Of a DNA stretch of 64,000 nucleotides, positions 43,071 through 52,892 are shown piece after piece. Positions within the stretch are counted from its first letter, which is position 1; each line of letters opens with the position of its first letter. A model generated the notes under the pieces. It made no database searches. It was not told where the DNA came from and saw nothing but the letters and a program-made list of their open reading frames with translations. The translations under genes and the position numbers were made by a program. Origin of the DNA: Planctomycetota bacterium (GTDB lineage Bacteria; Planctomycetota; GCA-002687715; CAIWVZ01); assembly GCA_044222185.1 (NCBI GenBank), contig JBGANV010000005.1, forward strand, positions 1 through 64,000. Direction: 5' to 3'.

Positions 43071-44840
43071 ATGCACGGCAGAAACCTCGGAATGCAGGTG
43101 CGTGCGGCGGTCGTCGCCGCGACAGTCGTAGCCCTCCTCTCTCCGGCACACACGGCGGGAGCACAGACCGTCCTCGTCACGATCTCGGCGCCGCAGGCGT
43201 GGACCGGCGGGTTCAGCGGCGAGATCACGCTGACGAACAACGCGCCGTGGACCATCTTCGACTGGCGCCTCGCATTCGATGCACCCTGGAACGTGACCAG
43301 CCTCTGGGACGCCACGCTGACGTCGCACTCTGGCGCGCATTACGTCATCGACACGCTCGCCGCCGCCTGGAACGACGGAGACCTCTCACCGGGCGAGGTC
43401 AACACGTTCGGGTTCGTCGCGACCGGGACGCTGTCGACGCCGACGAGCGCGACGCTGAACGGGACGCCCATCACGTTCAACGTGCCATCGGCAGCTCCGC
43501 CGCCTCTCCAGCCCGCCGCGGCACCGCCGTGGCCATCGCGCGTCGCCGCACCGTACTTCGATGCCACCGGGTATCCGCCATTCGGCTTCGTCGCCGCCGC
43601 ATCGAGCACGGGGACGCGGCATTGGATCGCGGGATTCGTCGTCGCCACGTCGCCCACGGATCCCACGCCGAGCTTCGGCGGTTACTACCCGACGTCGGGC
43701 CAGTACCTCCTGCCGGAGATCAACGCGCTGCGCGCCATCGGCGGTGACGTCATGGTGTCGTTCGGCGGCGCCGCAGGCACCGAGATCTCGGTTGCCGCAA
43801 CGACGGCCGCGCAGGCGCAGGCGCGCTACCAATCGGTCATCGACGCCTACGCGTTCACCCACATCGACTTCGACGTGGAAGGCGCGTGGGTCGCCGACCC
43901 GCCGTCGATCGCTCGACGAAGCCAGGCCATCGCGGGGCTGCAGGCGACGGCCCAGCAGAACAACCGGCCGTTGTCCGTCTGGTTCACGCTCCCGGTCCTC
44001 CCGAGCGGGCTGACGCTCGATGGGATCAACGTTCTGGCCTCGGCGCTGAACCACGGCGTCGTGATCGCGGGAGTGAACATCATGGCGATGGACTACGGCG
44101 ACGGCGCCGCGCCGAATCCCGCCGGGCAGATGGGCGCTTATGCGATCCAGGCGGCGAATTCCACGTTCAGCCAGCTCCAGTCGCTGTACGCGAGTCACAA
44201 CCAACCCAAGTCCGCAGCCCAGCTTTGGAAGATGTTAGGCGTCACGCCCATGATCGGCGTGAACGACGTGCAGAGCGAGATCTTCCTCCCGAGCGACGCG
44301 CAACAAGTCGTCGCATTCGCGACGGCGCACGATCTGGGGCTTCTGGGGTTCTGGAGCGGCAACCGCGACCACCAGTGCCCCGGCGGAGCTCAGACGTCGG
44401 CGAGCGGAAGCTGCAGCAGCATCCTCCAGACGCCATTCCAGTTCACGATCATCTTCCATGCGTTCACGACGGGGGTGTGGGAGGACCTGGGATTCGCGAA
44501 AGCCGGATCGACCGGGTTCCCAACACTCACGGGCGGCGGTCTCCTCTTGCCCGGCACGCCGGCCACGTGGACGCTGTCGAACGTCCCCGCCGGAGCGACC
44601 GTCGTGTTCGTCGCGGGCGCGACGATCGTGAATGCACCGGTCCTGGGGGCCACCCTCGTCCCCTCGCCGGACGTCCTGCTTCCGCTGACGGCGGGACCGA
44701 CCGGCTCGGTCCAACTCGCCGTGAGCTGGCCTGCCGGTCTGCCTTTCGGGCTCCCGCTCGTCTACCAGTGCGGGATCTTCGACGTCGGCGCATCCCAGGG
44801 ACTCAGCGCCTCGAACGCATTGCGAAGCCGCACGCCCTGA
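43071..44840 (+). CDS. Secreted chitinase-like protein: CBM2, GH18 domain and C-terminal lineage-type domain
   Basis: WTGGFSGEITLTN...W.L.F...LWDA (CBM2); VSFGGA, HIDFDVEG, VNIMAMDYG and TPMIGVND (GH18); alternative start 43092. Confidence 0.88.
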   Translation: MHGRNLGMQVRAAVVAATVVALLSPAHTAGAQTVLVTISAPQAWTGGFSGEITLTNNAPWTIFDWRLAFDAPWNVTSLWDATLTSHSGAHYVIDTLAAAWNDGDLSPGEVNTFGFVATGTLSTPTSATLNGTPITFNVPSAAPPPLQPAAAPPWPSRVAAPYFDATGYPPFGFVAAASSTGTRHWIAGFVVATSPTDPTPSFGGYYPTSGQYLLPEINALRAIGGDVMVSFGGAAGTEISVAATTAAQAQARYQSVIDAYAFTHIDFDVEGAWVADPPSIARRSQAIAGLQATAQQNNRPLSVWFTLPVLPSGLTLDGINVLASALNHGVVIAGVNIMAMDYGDGAAPNPAGQMGAYAIQAANSTFSQLQSLYASHNQPKSAAQLWKMLGVTPMIGVNDVQSEIFLPSDAQQVVAFATAHDLGLLGFWSGNRDHQCPGGAQTSASGSCSSILQTPFQFTIIFHAFTTGVWEDLGFAKAGSTGFPTLTGGGLLLPGTPATWTLSNVPAGATVVFVAGATIVNAPVLGATLVPSPDVLLPLTAGPTGSVQLAVSWPAGLPFGLPLVYQCGIFDVGASQGLSASNALRSRTP

Positions 44841-44959
44841 GACACGCGAAGGCCGATCGAAAGCGCACGGCTGCTTGTGACCCGGCCGCGCGAGCCGCGT
44901 CCTTCCTCGTGGTGCAGGCGCGGCCCGACAGTGCCATCATCCCCGTCACGGAGTTTCGA

Positions 44960-46735
44960 ATGCGATTCACCTCGAGCAGTTGCGCGGGACGGACCCCGAC
45001 CCGTCGGCGCACGACACGGCCTCTGATTCTCTTCCTCGTCCTCGTTGGTGCCGGCACGGTCCTGCGCGGTCAGGATCCGGGTGCGGCGCGTTCCTACGAC
45101 TTCAGGATGCTCGAGAGGCTCGGCGCGACCTTCGACCGGAACCTTCCGATCGAGACGCCTCCGCTGCGACCTGGCGCGGCGGGCGAAGCCTCCATGCGCT
45201 ACCTGTGGACGGAACAGCGCGAAAGCACCGTGCGTTTCGGCGACGGTGAAATCTCGCCGCTTCTGCGCGCAGCCGCGGGCGTCGCGCCCAACGCCGACCC
45301 CGGACAAGTCATGGAAGGAGGCGGGGCCCGCTTCACGTTCCGCGGCTCCGTCGAGCGTCAGCAGCAGTTCGCGTCCTCCATCGCGCAACTGGTCGAGGCG
45401 ATCGCCGCCGAGGCCATCGTCGACATCTTCGAGATCCCGGCAGCGGCCACCGTGAACATCGACAAGAACGTGCTCGATCCCAAGCAGGTCTCCGATCTCC
45501 TTGCAGCGGTCAAGCCGACCCGGTCCCAGCGTGTCCGGGCGCAGTTCGGAGTCCAGGCCGCCATCGATTCCGTCACGCGCAAGGCCTACGTGAAGGACTA
45601 CGACGTCGAGGTCGCCCAGAGCTCGAGCGCTGGCGACCCGCTCATCGACGTCCTGCTCTCGGGCTTCCGCGGCACCGTTCGCGTCGAACCGACGATCGAC
45701 GGGCGGTTGGCGATCACGATCCGCGCCAGCGATCAGCATGAAGTCGCCGCGATGAAATCTCACGTGGTGAAGTTCCCGACGGAAGGAACGATCCAACTCC
45801 CGACGGTCGCGTGGAGCTGCGCCGGCGCCAGCGCGCTGGTCGTCAACGAGGGCGGCGTGCTGTTCGGCAACAACGTGAACGACCGTGGACTGTGGCTCGC
45901 CCGCGTGCGTCGCGCGGCACAGCCGAAGCCCCTCGCCATCGAGGGTGCCGAGTTGCTCCCCGTCGGGCCGCTCGTCCTGCCCGTGTTGACACAGGCGGCG
46001 CGCTCGCACGTAGGCGTCGTCAACGCATCCGGCAACTCGGATCCGGCCGCGGAGGCATCGGCGGAGGACCTCTTCCACTACGACCGACAGTGGATCGCGG
46101 ACAACCTCTTCGGCTCCACCGTGGGGGACCACGACGTGACGATGGTCGGCACGAGCCTCGCCGTGGTGGCCAACGACGCCCAGCGGAAGAGCGCCCGCGA
46201 GATGATCACGCGCCTCACGCGTGACGTTGCGCGCACGGTCAGCCTGGAGGTACGCGCCGGAGTGCTCGACGCGAGTGCCGCGCCCGATCCCGCGGTGGAC
46301 GACTCGAGCGTCGCCGCCGCCCTCCCGCTCCGCCTGCGCACCTGCGCACGCACGCGGGACAGCGTCCTCATGGTCGCCGCCACGTGCGAAGCCTACATGA
46401 AGGACGAGGACGTGGAGATCGCGGAGAAGGCGACCATCGCGGACCCCAACGTCGACGTCCTGCAAACGGGATTGAGCTGCTCCGCCACGGTGACGACGGC
46501 GGGCGAGAACCGCTGGGTGGTGGAGTGGACGCTTCGCTACAGCGAGCACGCCGGGAAGATGGGGAGCGTGCTCACCACGCACGACGACACGGGCCCGATC
46601 GACCTCCCGGAACTTCGGGGCGTGAGCCTCGGCGGACAGTCGCTGCCGGAGGCCGGCACGTGGGTCGAGGTCTGCCGCACGACCGTTGCCGGCACGGACA
46701 AGGTGTTCCTGGCGTTCATCCGCCTCGCGGAGTGA
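44960..46735 (+). CDS. Exported protein with two secretin-like modules (paralogue A)
   Basis: Signal-like N-terminus; AYVKDYDVEVAQ...DPLIDVLLSG and AYMKDEDVEIAE...DPNVDVLQTG, each followed by G.I.LP. Confidence 0.6.
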   Translation: MRFTSSSCAGRTPTRRRTTRPLILFLVLVGAGTVLRGQDPGAARSYDFRMLERLGATFDRNLPIETPPLRPGAAGEASMRYLWTEQRESTVRFGDGEISPLLRAAAGVAPNADPGQVMEGGGARFTFRGSVERQQQFASSIAQLVEAIAAEAIVDIFEIPAAATVNIDKNVLDPKQVSDLLAAVKPTRSQRVRAQFGVQAAIDSVTRKAYVKDYDVEVAQSSSAGDPLIDVLLSGFRGTVRVEPTIDGRLAITIRASDQHEVAAMKSHVVKFPTEGTIQLPTVAWSCAGASALVVNEGGVLFGNNVNDRGLWLARVRRAAQPKPLAIEGAELLPVGPLVLPVLTQAARSHVGVVNASGNSDPAAEASAEDLFHYDRQWIADNLFGSTVGDHDVTMVGTSLAVVANDAQRKSAREMITRLTRDVARTVSLEVRAGVLDASAAPDPAVDDSSVAAALPLRLRTCARTRDSVLMVAATCEAYMKDEDVEIAEKATIADPNVDVLQTGLSCSATVTTAGENRWVVEWTLRYSEHAGKMGSVLTTHDDTGPIDLPELRGVSLGGQSLPEAGTWVEVCRTTVAGTDKVFLAFIRLAE

Positions 46736-46736
46736 C

Positions 46737-48482
46737 ATGACCTGGGCGAGCCCGATCCTCGGACGACATCTCATGCGAACGACCGCGGCTCGCGTCGCGG
46801 CGTTCGCCCTGCTGGCAGCGACGGTCGTCGCGCAGCAGGCCGTCGTCACGCGTGCCTACAGCCTCGACTGGGTCTCCAAGCTCGGCCGGGCCGTGGACGA
46901 GGATCTCCTGCTCGAAGTGGGTCCGCTGCGTCTGCGATCCGATGATGCCGCCGCGGCGCTTGGCGAGGACAAGGACACGTTCCGGCTCGACTCGCCCGCG
47001 ACCGTGCGTTTTCTCGATGCTCTTCGCATGGTCTACACCGCGGCCGGCCTCGACCCGGACCACATTCCCGAAAACGTCGCGTCCGTCGACGGAGAAGTCG
47101 TGCGGCTCACGGTGGACGACGCCCACCATGCGGCCGTCGCGCGTGCGCTCGCGGACCTCACGTCCGCGATTCGGGATGCCTATCGGATGGACGTGTTCGA
47201 GATCGCCGGCGGCGACGAACTCCCAGCGGGCGCCGTGCTGACGTCCGCCGCGGCCCGGAAGCTCATGGTCCCCGGCAAGAGCCGACACATCGCGGGAACG
47301 AACCTCCGCCCGGGGATCAGCACGTCCCTGCGATCGACGGGCACCCGCGCCTACCTGCAAGTCGTCGCCGCCGAGGTGGCGTGTGCGTCTCGACCCACTG
47401 GCGATCCGACCGTCGGCACGCTCGAACGGGGAATCCGCGCCGTTGCGCGCGTCCTCGACGCGGGCGGAGGCCGCATCGCCGTGTCGTTCCGTGGCGCGGT
47501 GCAGCGCGAGGCGACCCCGCCGCGCCTGCACGACGTCAACTTCACCAGCCGCGGAACGATCCAACTGCCGGTCGTCGATTGGACATGCCTGGGCGCCGAA
47601 TCCGTCGTCGAATCAGGCGGCGCCATCGTGCTTGCGGCGGATGGTCCCGCGCCCGTCCGATGGCTCGTGAGCGTCCGCAGCGGCAAACGCACGGATCCCG
47701 ACGCGGACTCCCCGTTCATTCCCGTCGGAGTCCTGCGCTTCGACGGCGGCCACGCGCAGGTCGAACTGCCGCCGGGCCGGCTCGCTCCATCGGGGAGCTC
47801 GGACTACCTGGATGTCACCGGACCCGCGCCCGACGAGGCGGACCCGATCCTCGGGTCCATCCTTCAGTCCACGCCGCAGACCACGTTGCTCGGCACGAGC
47901 CTCGTGATGCACGGCGACGTGGGCGCTCGCCGGAGCGTCCGGACGCAGATCGAGTCCGCGACGCGAGACCGCACGAAATCCGCCACCGTCGAGTTCAGGG
48001 CCGGTGAGATCGACGGTGTCGCCGGCGCAGCCGCAGGCGGTGGTGGCTCCGCGGATGCGGCGCAGACAGCACCATTCGTGTTTCGGGTTCCCATCGTCAC
48101 CGGACACCGAGTCCGCCTGATCGCGGCGACGGCCCATGCGTACCTGAAGGATCAGGACATCGAGATCGCGCACGACACGTCCGTCGGCAACGCCGTCGTC
48201 GCGGTCGTGGACGACGGCACGGACGTCTCGGTCGAGGCCCATGCCGTTGGCCAGGGCACGTGGCTCGTGCAGTGGGAACTGGGGCGCGGACGTCTCGCCG
48301 TCCCCATTCCGGGCGTGCCCTCCACTCGCGAAGAGATCGGCAACATCGAGATGCCGACGACGACGACGGTCACGGCCTCGGGCACGTCCCTCGTGAAGGC
48401 CGGCGATTGGGTCGAGTTGAACCGCACGAGCGGTCCGGGTTCGGCACGACCGTTCGTCGCATTCCTTCGACTGACGGAATGA
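46737..48482 (+). CDS. Exported protein with two secretin-like modules (paralogue B)
   Basis: Same layout as the upstream gene: AYLQVVAAEVA...DPTVGTLERG, AYLKDQDIEIAH...VVDDG, GTIQLP; C-terminus AFLRLTE versus AFIRLAE; alternative start 46773. Confidence 0.6.
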   Translation: MTWASPILGRHLMRTTAARVAAFALLAATVVAQQAVVTRAYSLDWVSKLGRAVDEDLLLEVGPLRLRSDDAAAALGEDKDTFRLDSPATVRFLDALRMVYTAAGLDPDHIPENVASVDGEVVRLTVDDAHHAAVARALADLTSAIRDAYRMDVFEIAGGDELPAGAVLTSAAARKLMVPGKSRHIAGTNLRPGISTSLRSTGTRAYLQVVAAEVACASRPTGDPTVGTLERGIRAVARVLDAGGGRIAVSFRGAVQREATPPRLHDVNFTSRGTIQLPVVDWTCLGAESVVESGGAIVLAADGPAPVRWLVSVRSGKRTDPDADSPFIPVGVLRFDGGHAQVELPPGRLAPSGSSDYLDVTGPAPDEADPILGSILQSTPQTTLLGTSLVMHGDVGARRSVRTQIESATRDRTKSATVEFRAGEIDGVAGAAAGGGGSADAAQTAPFVFRVPIVTGHRVRLIAATAHAYLKDQDIEIAHDTSVGNAVVAVVDDGTDVSVEAHAVGQGTWLVQWELGRGRLAVPIPGVPSTREEIGNIEMPTTTTVTASGTSLVKAGDWVELNRTSGPGSARPFVAFLRLTE

Positions 48483-48504
48483 ACGAACGGGCGCCTGCGC
48501 GCGC

Positions 48505-49377
48505 TCAGCCGATCCGGTTCCCCTTCTCGTCGTACTTGTAGACGCCCTGGCCCGTCTTCTTCCCCAGGTGTCCGGCATTCACCAGCTTCTCGATCATCGG
48601 TGAGGGTCGATAAGTCTCCCCCAGCGTCTTGTGCAGGTATCGCAGAGTCGACAGCCGCGTGTCGAGGCCGACGAGGTCGACCATCTCGAATGGCCCCATG
48701 GGGTGGTTCAACCCCAGCTTCAAGGCCTTGTCGATGTCCTGGGCGCTGGCGATTCCGGCCTCGAGCATCCGGAACGCCTCGTTGCCGATGAGCGCGTTGA
48801 TGCGCGACGTGGCGAAGCCCGGCGACTCCTTCACGCGCACCGTTTCCTTCTCCATCTTCTTCGACACCCACTCCGTGGCCTCGAGCGCGGCCGCAGACGA
48901 CTCGGGCCCGAGGATGATCTCGATCAGGCGCATGACCGGCACGGGGTTGAAGAAGTGCATTCCGATGACGCGGCCGTGGTCCTTCACGGGCGCTGCGATC
49001 TCGCTGATCATGAGGCTCGACGTGTTCGTAGCGAGGACCACGTCCGGCCGGAGGATCGCCTCGAGCTGCGTGAAGAGTTTCTGTTTCAGGTCGAGCTTCT
49101 CGGGCACGGCTTCGATGACGAAGTCCGTCGTTCGGGCAGCCGTCTGGAGGTCCGTCGTCGTCTTGAGCAGCTCACCAGCACGCGACGCGCGGGCGCCGTC
49201 GACCTTCCCCTTCTCGACGCCTTTCTGGATCGACTCCAGGATCCGCTTGCGGGCCTTCTCCAGCGCGCCGGCGTCGATGTCGTAGAGCCATGTGGTGAAA
49301 CCGGCGAGCGCGGAGACCTGGGCGATGCCGGCGCCCATGATGCCGGAGCCGAGCACGGTGACTTCCTGGATGTTCAC
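48505..49377 (-). CDS. 3-hydroxyacyl-CoA dehydrogenase
   Basis: GSGIMGAGIA, EAVPE, NTSSL, GMHFFNP and HPMGPF; GTG start. Confidence 0.93.
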   Translation of the reverse strand: MNIQEVTVLGSGIMGAGIAQVSALAGFTTWLYDIDAGALEKARKRILESIQKGVEKGKVDGARASRAGELLKTTTDLQTAARTTDFVIEAVPEKLDLKQKLFTQLEAILRPDVVLATNTSSLMISEIAAPVKDHGRVIGMHFFNPVPVMRLIEIILGPESSAAALEATEWVSKKMEKETVRVKESPGFATSRINALIGNEAFRMLEAGIASAQDIDKALKLGLNHPMGPFEMVDLVGLDTRLSTLRYLHKTLGETYRPSPMIEKLVNAGHLGKKTGQGVYKYDEKGNRIG

Positions 49378-49414
49378 GTCGTCTGCCTTTCGTCGTGTGG
49401 TCGTACTTCCGCGT

Positions 49415-50185
49415 TCAAGCGTGACGCCAGCGCGGTGAGCGTTTCTCGAGGAAGGCCTCGATGCCTTCCGTGATGTCGGCGGAGCCGATGAGCTCGCGCG
49501 AGTAGATCGCCTCGGCTTCGTGGAGCGCCCTCGCGATCTCGGGGGCACTCCTGCGCCTCATGGCGAGCACGGTCGTGCGCAGCACGTGGCGCGACTGGCT
49601 TCGAAGCTGGTCGAACAGCTCTTCGAGGGTGCGTTCGAGCGGCCCCAGGCGCGACAGGAGCCCCATCTCGTACGCGCACTGCGCCGTGATGGGCTCACCG
49701 GTGAGGATCATGTCAGCGGCCCGCGCCGGGCCGATGATCGCGGCGAGGCGGATGCACGCCACGGGCGGGAAGCAGCCGACCTTGATCTCCGGCTGCCCCA
49801 GCGTCGTGTCAGGGTCGGCGACGACGAGGTCGCAACTCGTCGCGAGCTCCAGCCCACCTCCGAGGCAGAAACCGTGGATGCCCGCGATCGTCACGTGCGG
49901 GAGGTGGAGCAGGCGCTCGACGATGCCGTGCACGGCTCGCAGCATGGCCCGAGCGTGGACGGGGCGATGATCGCCGATGTCCACCCCCGCCGAGAACGCC
50001 TTGGCACCGGCACCGCGGAGGACGACGGCGCACAGCGACGCGTCGTCCGCGGCCGTCGCCAGAGCCCGTTGGATCTCGTCCAGCAGGGGCAGGTCGAGGA
50101 CGTTCAGCGGCGGGCGGTCGATCGTCAGCGTGAGGACGTTGCGATCGAGGGCCACGTGGAGCTTGCCGGGGAGCTGCGGTCTCAT
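49415..50185 (-). CDS. Enoyl-CoA hydratase/isomerase (Dch-like)
   Basis: RPPLNVLD, FSAGVDIGDH, CLGGGLELA and GQPEIKVGCFPP. Confidence 0.85.
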   Translation of the reverse strand: MRPQLPGKLHVALDRNVLTLTIDRPPLNVLDLPLLDEIQRALATAADDASLCAVVLRGAGAKAFSAGVDIGDHRPVHARAMLRAVHGIVERLLHLPHVTIAGIHGFCLGGGLELATSCDLVVADPDTTLGQPEIKVGCFPPVACIRLAAIIGPARAADMILTGEPITAQCAYEMGLLSRLGPLERTLEELFDQLRSQSRHVLRTTVLAMRRRSAPEIARALHEAEAIYSRELIGSADITEGIEAFLEKRSPRWRHA

Positions 50186-51075
50186 GGGCGACCTCCGGGT
50201 GGAAACAGGCGCAGCGCATTGTCGCGCACGATGCGCTGTTTCGCATCCGCAGAGAGCGGCAGGGCCAGGACATCGTCCAGGTTCTGTCGGAGGCTCCGCA
50301 CACCGGGCGAGGGCCAGTCGGTCCCGAACAGCACGCGATCGGAGATCTCCTCGAGTCGCGGAAACGAGTCGAGGAGCGTCTTGGGCGGGATCCCCGAGAT
50401 GTCCAGCCAGCAGTTCTTGTGGCGTCGCAGGAGGAAGAAGGCTTCGTTCATCCAGAGGGGCCGGCCGCCGTGCGCGAGGATGATCTTGAGCCCCGGGAAA
50501 TCCACCGCCACGTCATCGAGCACGAGCGCTTCTCCGAGCCGGCTGCGCGCACCAGGGAAGATCGACGTCCCCGTGTGAAACATGATCGGCACGCCCCGTT
50601 CGGCGCAGGCCGAATACACGTGCTCGAGATCCGGGCACTCGCCCGTCCGGTACGCATCCGGCGAGATCGCCTGGTGCGGCGGATGGAGCTTGATTCCATC
50701 CAGACGCAGGTCGTCGAGGAGGTGCGCCATCTCCGACCGCACGTCGCGACACGCCGGCGGGTGGATTCCGCCGAACGCAATGACGCGGCCACCTGCCTCG
50801 TCGCGGTAGCGCGCAGCCCACGCGTTCACCTCGGGCGTGAACCCCATGATGATGGGCGCCACGTAATTGATCAGCGCCACGCGACCCACCTCGATCGAGT
50901 CGAGCCACGCGACCAATGCCCGCGGATCCGCCTGAAGCCGGCGGATCAGGTCCAGATCGCCGCGGCCCGACTCGATGGCCTTGCGGGCAAACGCGTTCAT
51001 CATCTCCCAGGGCTGCACGTGCACGTGCACGTCCGTGGGCCATGCCCGGATCGGGTCGGTCGCCGCGTCGGTCAC
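50182..51075 (-). CDS. Amidohydrolase_2 family metal-dependent hydrolase
   Basis: DVHVH, GIKLHP, FHTG, LAHGG and FGTDWP; GTG start overlaps the upstream stop. Confidence 0.9.
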   Translation of the reverse strand: MTDAATDPIRAWPTDVHVHVQPWEMMNAFARKAIESGRGDLDLIRRLQADPRALVAWLDSIEVGRVALINYVAPIIMGFTPEVNAWAARYRDEAGGRVIAFGGIHPPACRDVRSEMAHLLDDLRLDGIKLHPPHQAISPDAYRTGECPDLEHVYSACAERGVPIMFHTGTSIFPGARSRLGEALVLDDVAVDFPGLKIILAHGGRPLWMNEAFFLLRRHKNCWLDISGIPPKTLLDSFPRLEEISDRVLFGTDWPSPGVRSLRQNLDDVLALPLSADAKQRIVRDNALRLFPPGGRP

Positions 51076-51836
51076 TTCTTCTTCTCGAGGAACGCCGCCA
51101 TGCGCCGCTTCTTGTCGTCGGTATCGAAGAGGACCGCCTGGGAGAGGTACTCGACCATGGTGGATCGGCGATCGACGGTGTTCACCGCAGCGTTCAGCGC
51201 GACCTTCGCGAGCCGTACGGCCATGGGCGCGTTCTTCTGGATCGCTCGCATCATCTCGCGCGCCGCATCCAGCGGCGACTGAGGCGGATCGACGACGCGG
51301 TTGACGAGCCCGATCCGCACGGCCTCGTCGGCCTTCACGAGCCGCCCCGTGAAGATGAGCTCGCGTGCGAGACCCGGTCCGATCGTTCGCGTGAGCCGGT
51401 GAGGCGCGCCCGCACCCGGGATGATTCCCAGCGCCACCTCCGGTTGGCCGAAGGTCGCCTGGGGCCCGGCGAGCCGGATGTCGCACGCGAGCGCCAGCTC
51501 ACAGCCGCCGCCGAGGGCATATCCGTGGATGGCCGCGATCGTGGGCCATGGGAAGTCTTCGAGCAGTTGGAACACCGCCGCGTTGATCGCCTTCAGCGCG
51601 TCGTTCACGTCGCGCTTTGCGAGTTCGGAGATGTCCGCGCCCGCGATGAAAGCCTTGTCGCCGGCCCCGTGGAGGATGAGCCCTCGAACGTCCGCGTCGG
51701 CGGCCAGTTCGCGGAGCGCCGAGGTCAGGTCGTTCACCATCTGCAGATTGACGGCGTTGCGCACCTCGGGCCGGTTGAACGTCAACTCGGCCCACCCCTC
51801 CGCGCTCTTCGTCAGAACGATCGTCGAGTACTCCAC
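51072..51836 (-). CDS. Enoyl-CoA hydratase (crotonase)
   Basis: NRPEVRNA, FIAGADI, ALGGGCELALACD and GQPEVALGIIPGAG. Confidence 0.92.
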   Translation of the reverse strand: MEYSTIVLTKSAEGWAELTFNRPEVRNAVNLQMVNDLTSALRELAADADVRGLILHGAGDKAFIAGADISELAKRDVNDALKAINAAVFQLLEDFPWPTIAAIHGYALGGGCELALACDIRLAGPQATFGQPEVALGIIPGAGAPHRLTRTIGPGLARELIFTGRLVKADEAVRIGLVNRVVDPPQSPLDAAREMMRAIQKNAPMAVRLAKVALNAAVNTVDRRSTMVEYLSQAVLFDTDDKKRRMAAFLEKKK

Positions 51837-51837
51837 G

Positions 51838-52872
51838 TCAGGCTCCCACCGTCACGATGACCTTGCCGAACACCGATCGATCCTCCAGTGCCGCGTGCCC
51901 CTCGCCGACCCGATCGAGCGGGACGCTGCGATCGATCACGGGCTCGAGCTGACCGCTGCACACGAGGCCCCACACCCGATGCATGGCGCCGAGGCCGCCC
52001 ATGGTCGAACCGAGGAGCGACAGGCTCTTGAAGAAGATCAGGCGCAGATCCGATTCGAGCTTGGGCCCTGACGTGGCTCCGCAGGTCACGACCCGGCCGC
52101 CCTTCCTCAGCATCTTCAACGACGTGCCGATCGTGGATTCGCCCACGTGGTCGACGACGATGTCGAGCCCGGCCTTCTGCGTCGCTTCGCGGACGACCGC
52201 AGCGACGTCCGCCTGGCGGTAGTCGATGACGACGTCCGCGCCGAGAGCCTTCGCGCGCTCGAGTTTCGCCGCAGAAGACGCCGTGGCGAAGACGCGCGCG
52301 CCGAACAGCTTGGCGATCTGGATCGCGGCGATGGAGACGCCCGATCCCGCGGCGTGGACGAGGACGTCCTCGCCTCCCTGGATGGCGCAGCGTCCGACGA
52401 GCATGTTCCAGGCCGTGAGGAAGGTCAGCGGCACGGCTGCTGCCTCCGAGAACGCCATCCCCGCCGGCATGGGCAGCACGTTTCGAGCAGGGATCGCGAC
52501 GAATTCGGCGCACGTGCCGTCGCGCGTCTCGCCGAAGATGCCGTAGGCGCGGCAGAGGTGATCGTTGCCCTCGGCGCATCGCGTACACGTCCCGCAGCCG
52601 AATCCCGGCGCGATCGCCACGCGTGCACCCGGCTTGACCGAGGTCACGAGGCTCCCGACCTCCGCGACGACCCCGGCACCGTCGCACCCGAGGATCATGG
52701 GAAGCGGGAACTTGTGCCCGGGCACTCCGCGTCGGACCCAAACGTCGAGGTGGTTCAGCGCCGCGGCCTTCACTTCGACGAGGACTTCGTCCCCGCGAGG
52801 CGCGGGTCTGGGACGGTCCGTGATTTCGATGACTTCGGGTCCGCCGTGTGCGCGGACGAACGCAGCTCGCAT
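51838..52872 (-). CDS. Zinc-binding (MDR) dehydrogenase/reductase
   Basis: NHLD, GCDGAG, CGTCTRC...C structural Zn site and AAGSGV. Confidence 0.9.
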   Translation of the reverse strand: MRAAFVRAHGGPEVIEITDRPRPAPRGDEVLVEVKAAALNHLDVWVRRGVPGHKFPLPMILGCDGAGVVAEVGSLVTSVKPGARVAIAPGFGCGTCTRCAEGNDHLCRAYGIFGETRDGTCAEFVAIPARNVLPMPAGMAFSEAAAVPLTFLTAWNMLVGRCAIQGGEDVLVHAAGSGVSIAAIQIAKLFGARVFATASSAAKLERAKALGADVVIDYRQADVAAVVREATQKAGLDIVVDHVGESTIGTSLKMLRKGGRVVTCGATSGPKLESDLRLIFFKSLSLLGSTMGGLGAMHRVWGLVCSGQLEPVIDRSVPLDRVGEGHAALEDRSVFGKVIVTVGA

Positions 52873-52892
52873 GATGATCGGACTCCCGGGTT

